From NCBI RefSeq assembly GCF_036588685.1, contig NC_086383.1, positions 17,794,001-17,858,000 on the forward strand: DNA of 64,000 nt, written 5' to 3'. Shown here in pieces: positions 63,961-64,000 of the stretch (the first letter of the stretch is position 1; every line of letters starts with the position of its first letter). The notes beneath the pieces were generated by a model, which was given only the letters and a program-made list of their open reading frames with translations, searched no databases and was not told the origin of the DNA. Origin of the DNA: Mytilus trossulus (Eukaryota). The position numbers and the translations under genes were made by a program.

Positions 63961-64000
63961 CTCTCCATATATAGATATATGAAGATGTGGTATGAGTGCC

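Overview
AT-rich, repeat-dense eukaryotic genomic DNA with spliceosomal GT-AG introns. The dispersed repeat families look like those of a bivalve mollusc (Mytilus-like; this is inference, not a database result). Two things stand out. (1) A near-intact Penelope-like retroelement with N-terminal GIY-YIG endonuclease and C-terminal RT (Naiad type) on the minus strand at about 13.6-17.5 kb. The ORF track splits it into pieces, but it reads as one 1002-codon frame with four in-frame TGA codons at cysteine-type positions and a canonical type-2 SECIS about 50 nt after the stop, so it is most likely a selenoprotein-encoding retrotransposon. This copy also carries one TAA lesion, and a decayed second copy keeps the SECIS core. 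(2) A dispersed cluster of four paralogous secreted conodipine-like phospholipase A2 genes with the same architecture: a 20-nt coding exon 1, a phase-2 intron, and a 184/187-nt exon 2 ending HDxCYxC|GT. Their third exons are frameshifted, decayed or not found. The rest is a mosaic of transposon relics: Academ, Helitron/Helentron, Ty3/gypsy with an HhH-bearing gag, L1/Tx1-like LINE, Ngaro-like YR plus SGNH, palindromic MITEs, a degenerate hammerhead and minisatellites. No rRNA, tRNA or CRISPR array was seen.
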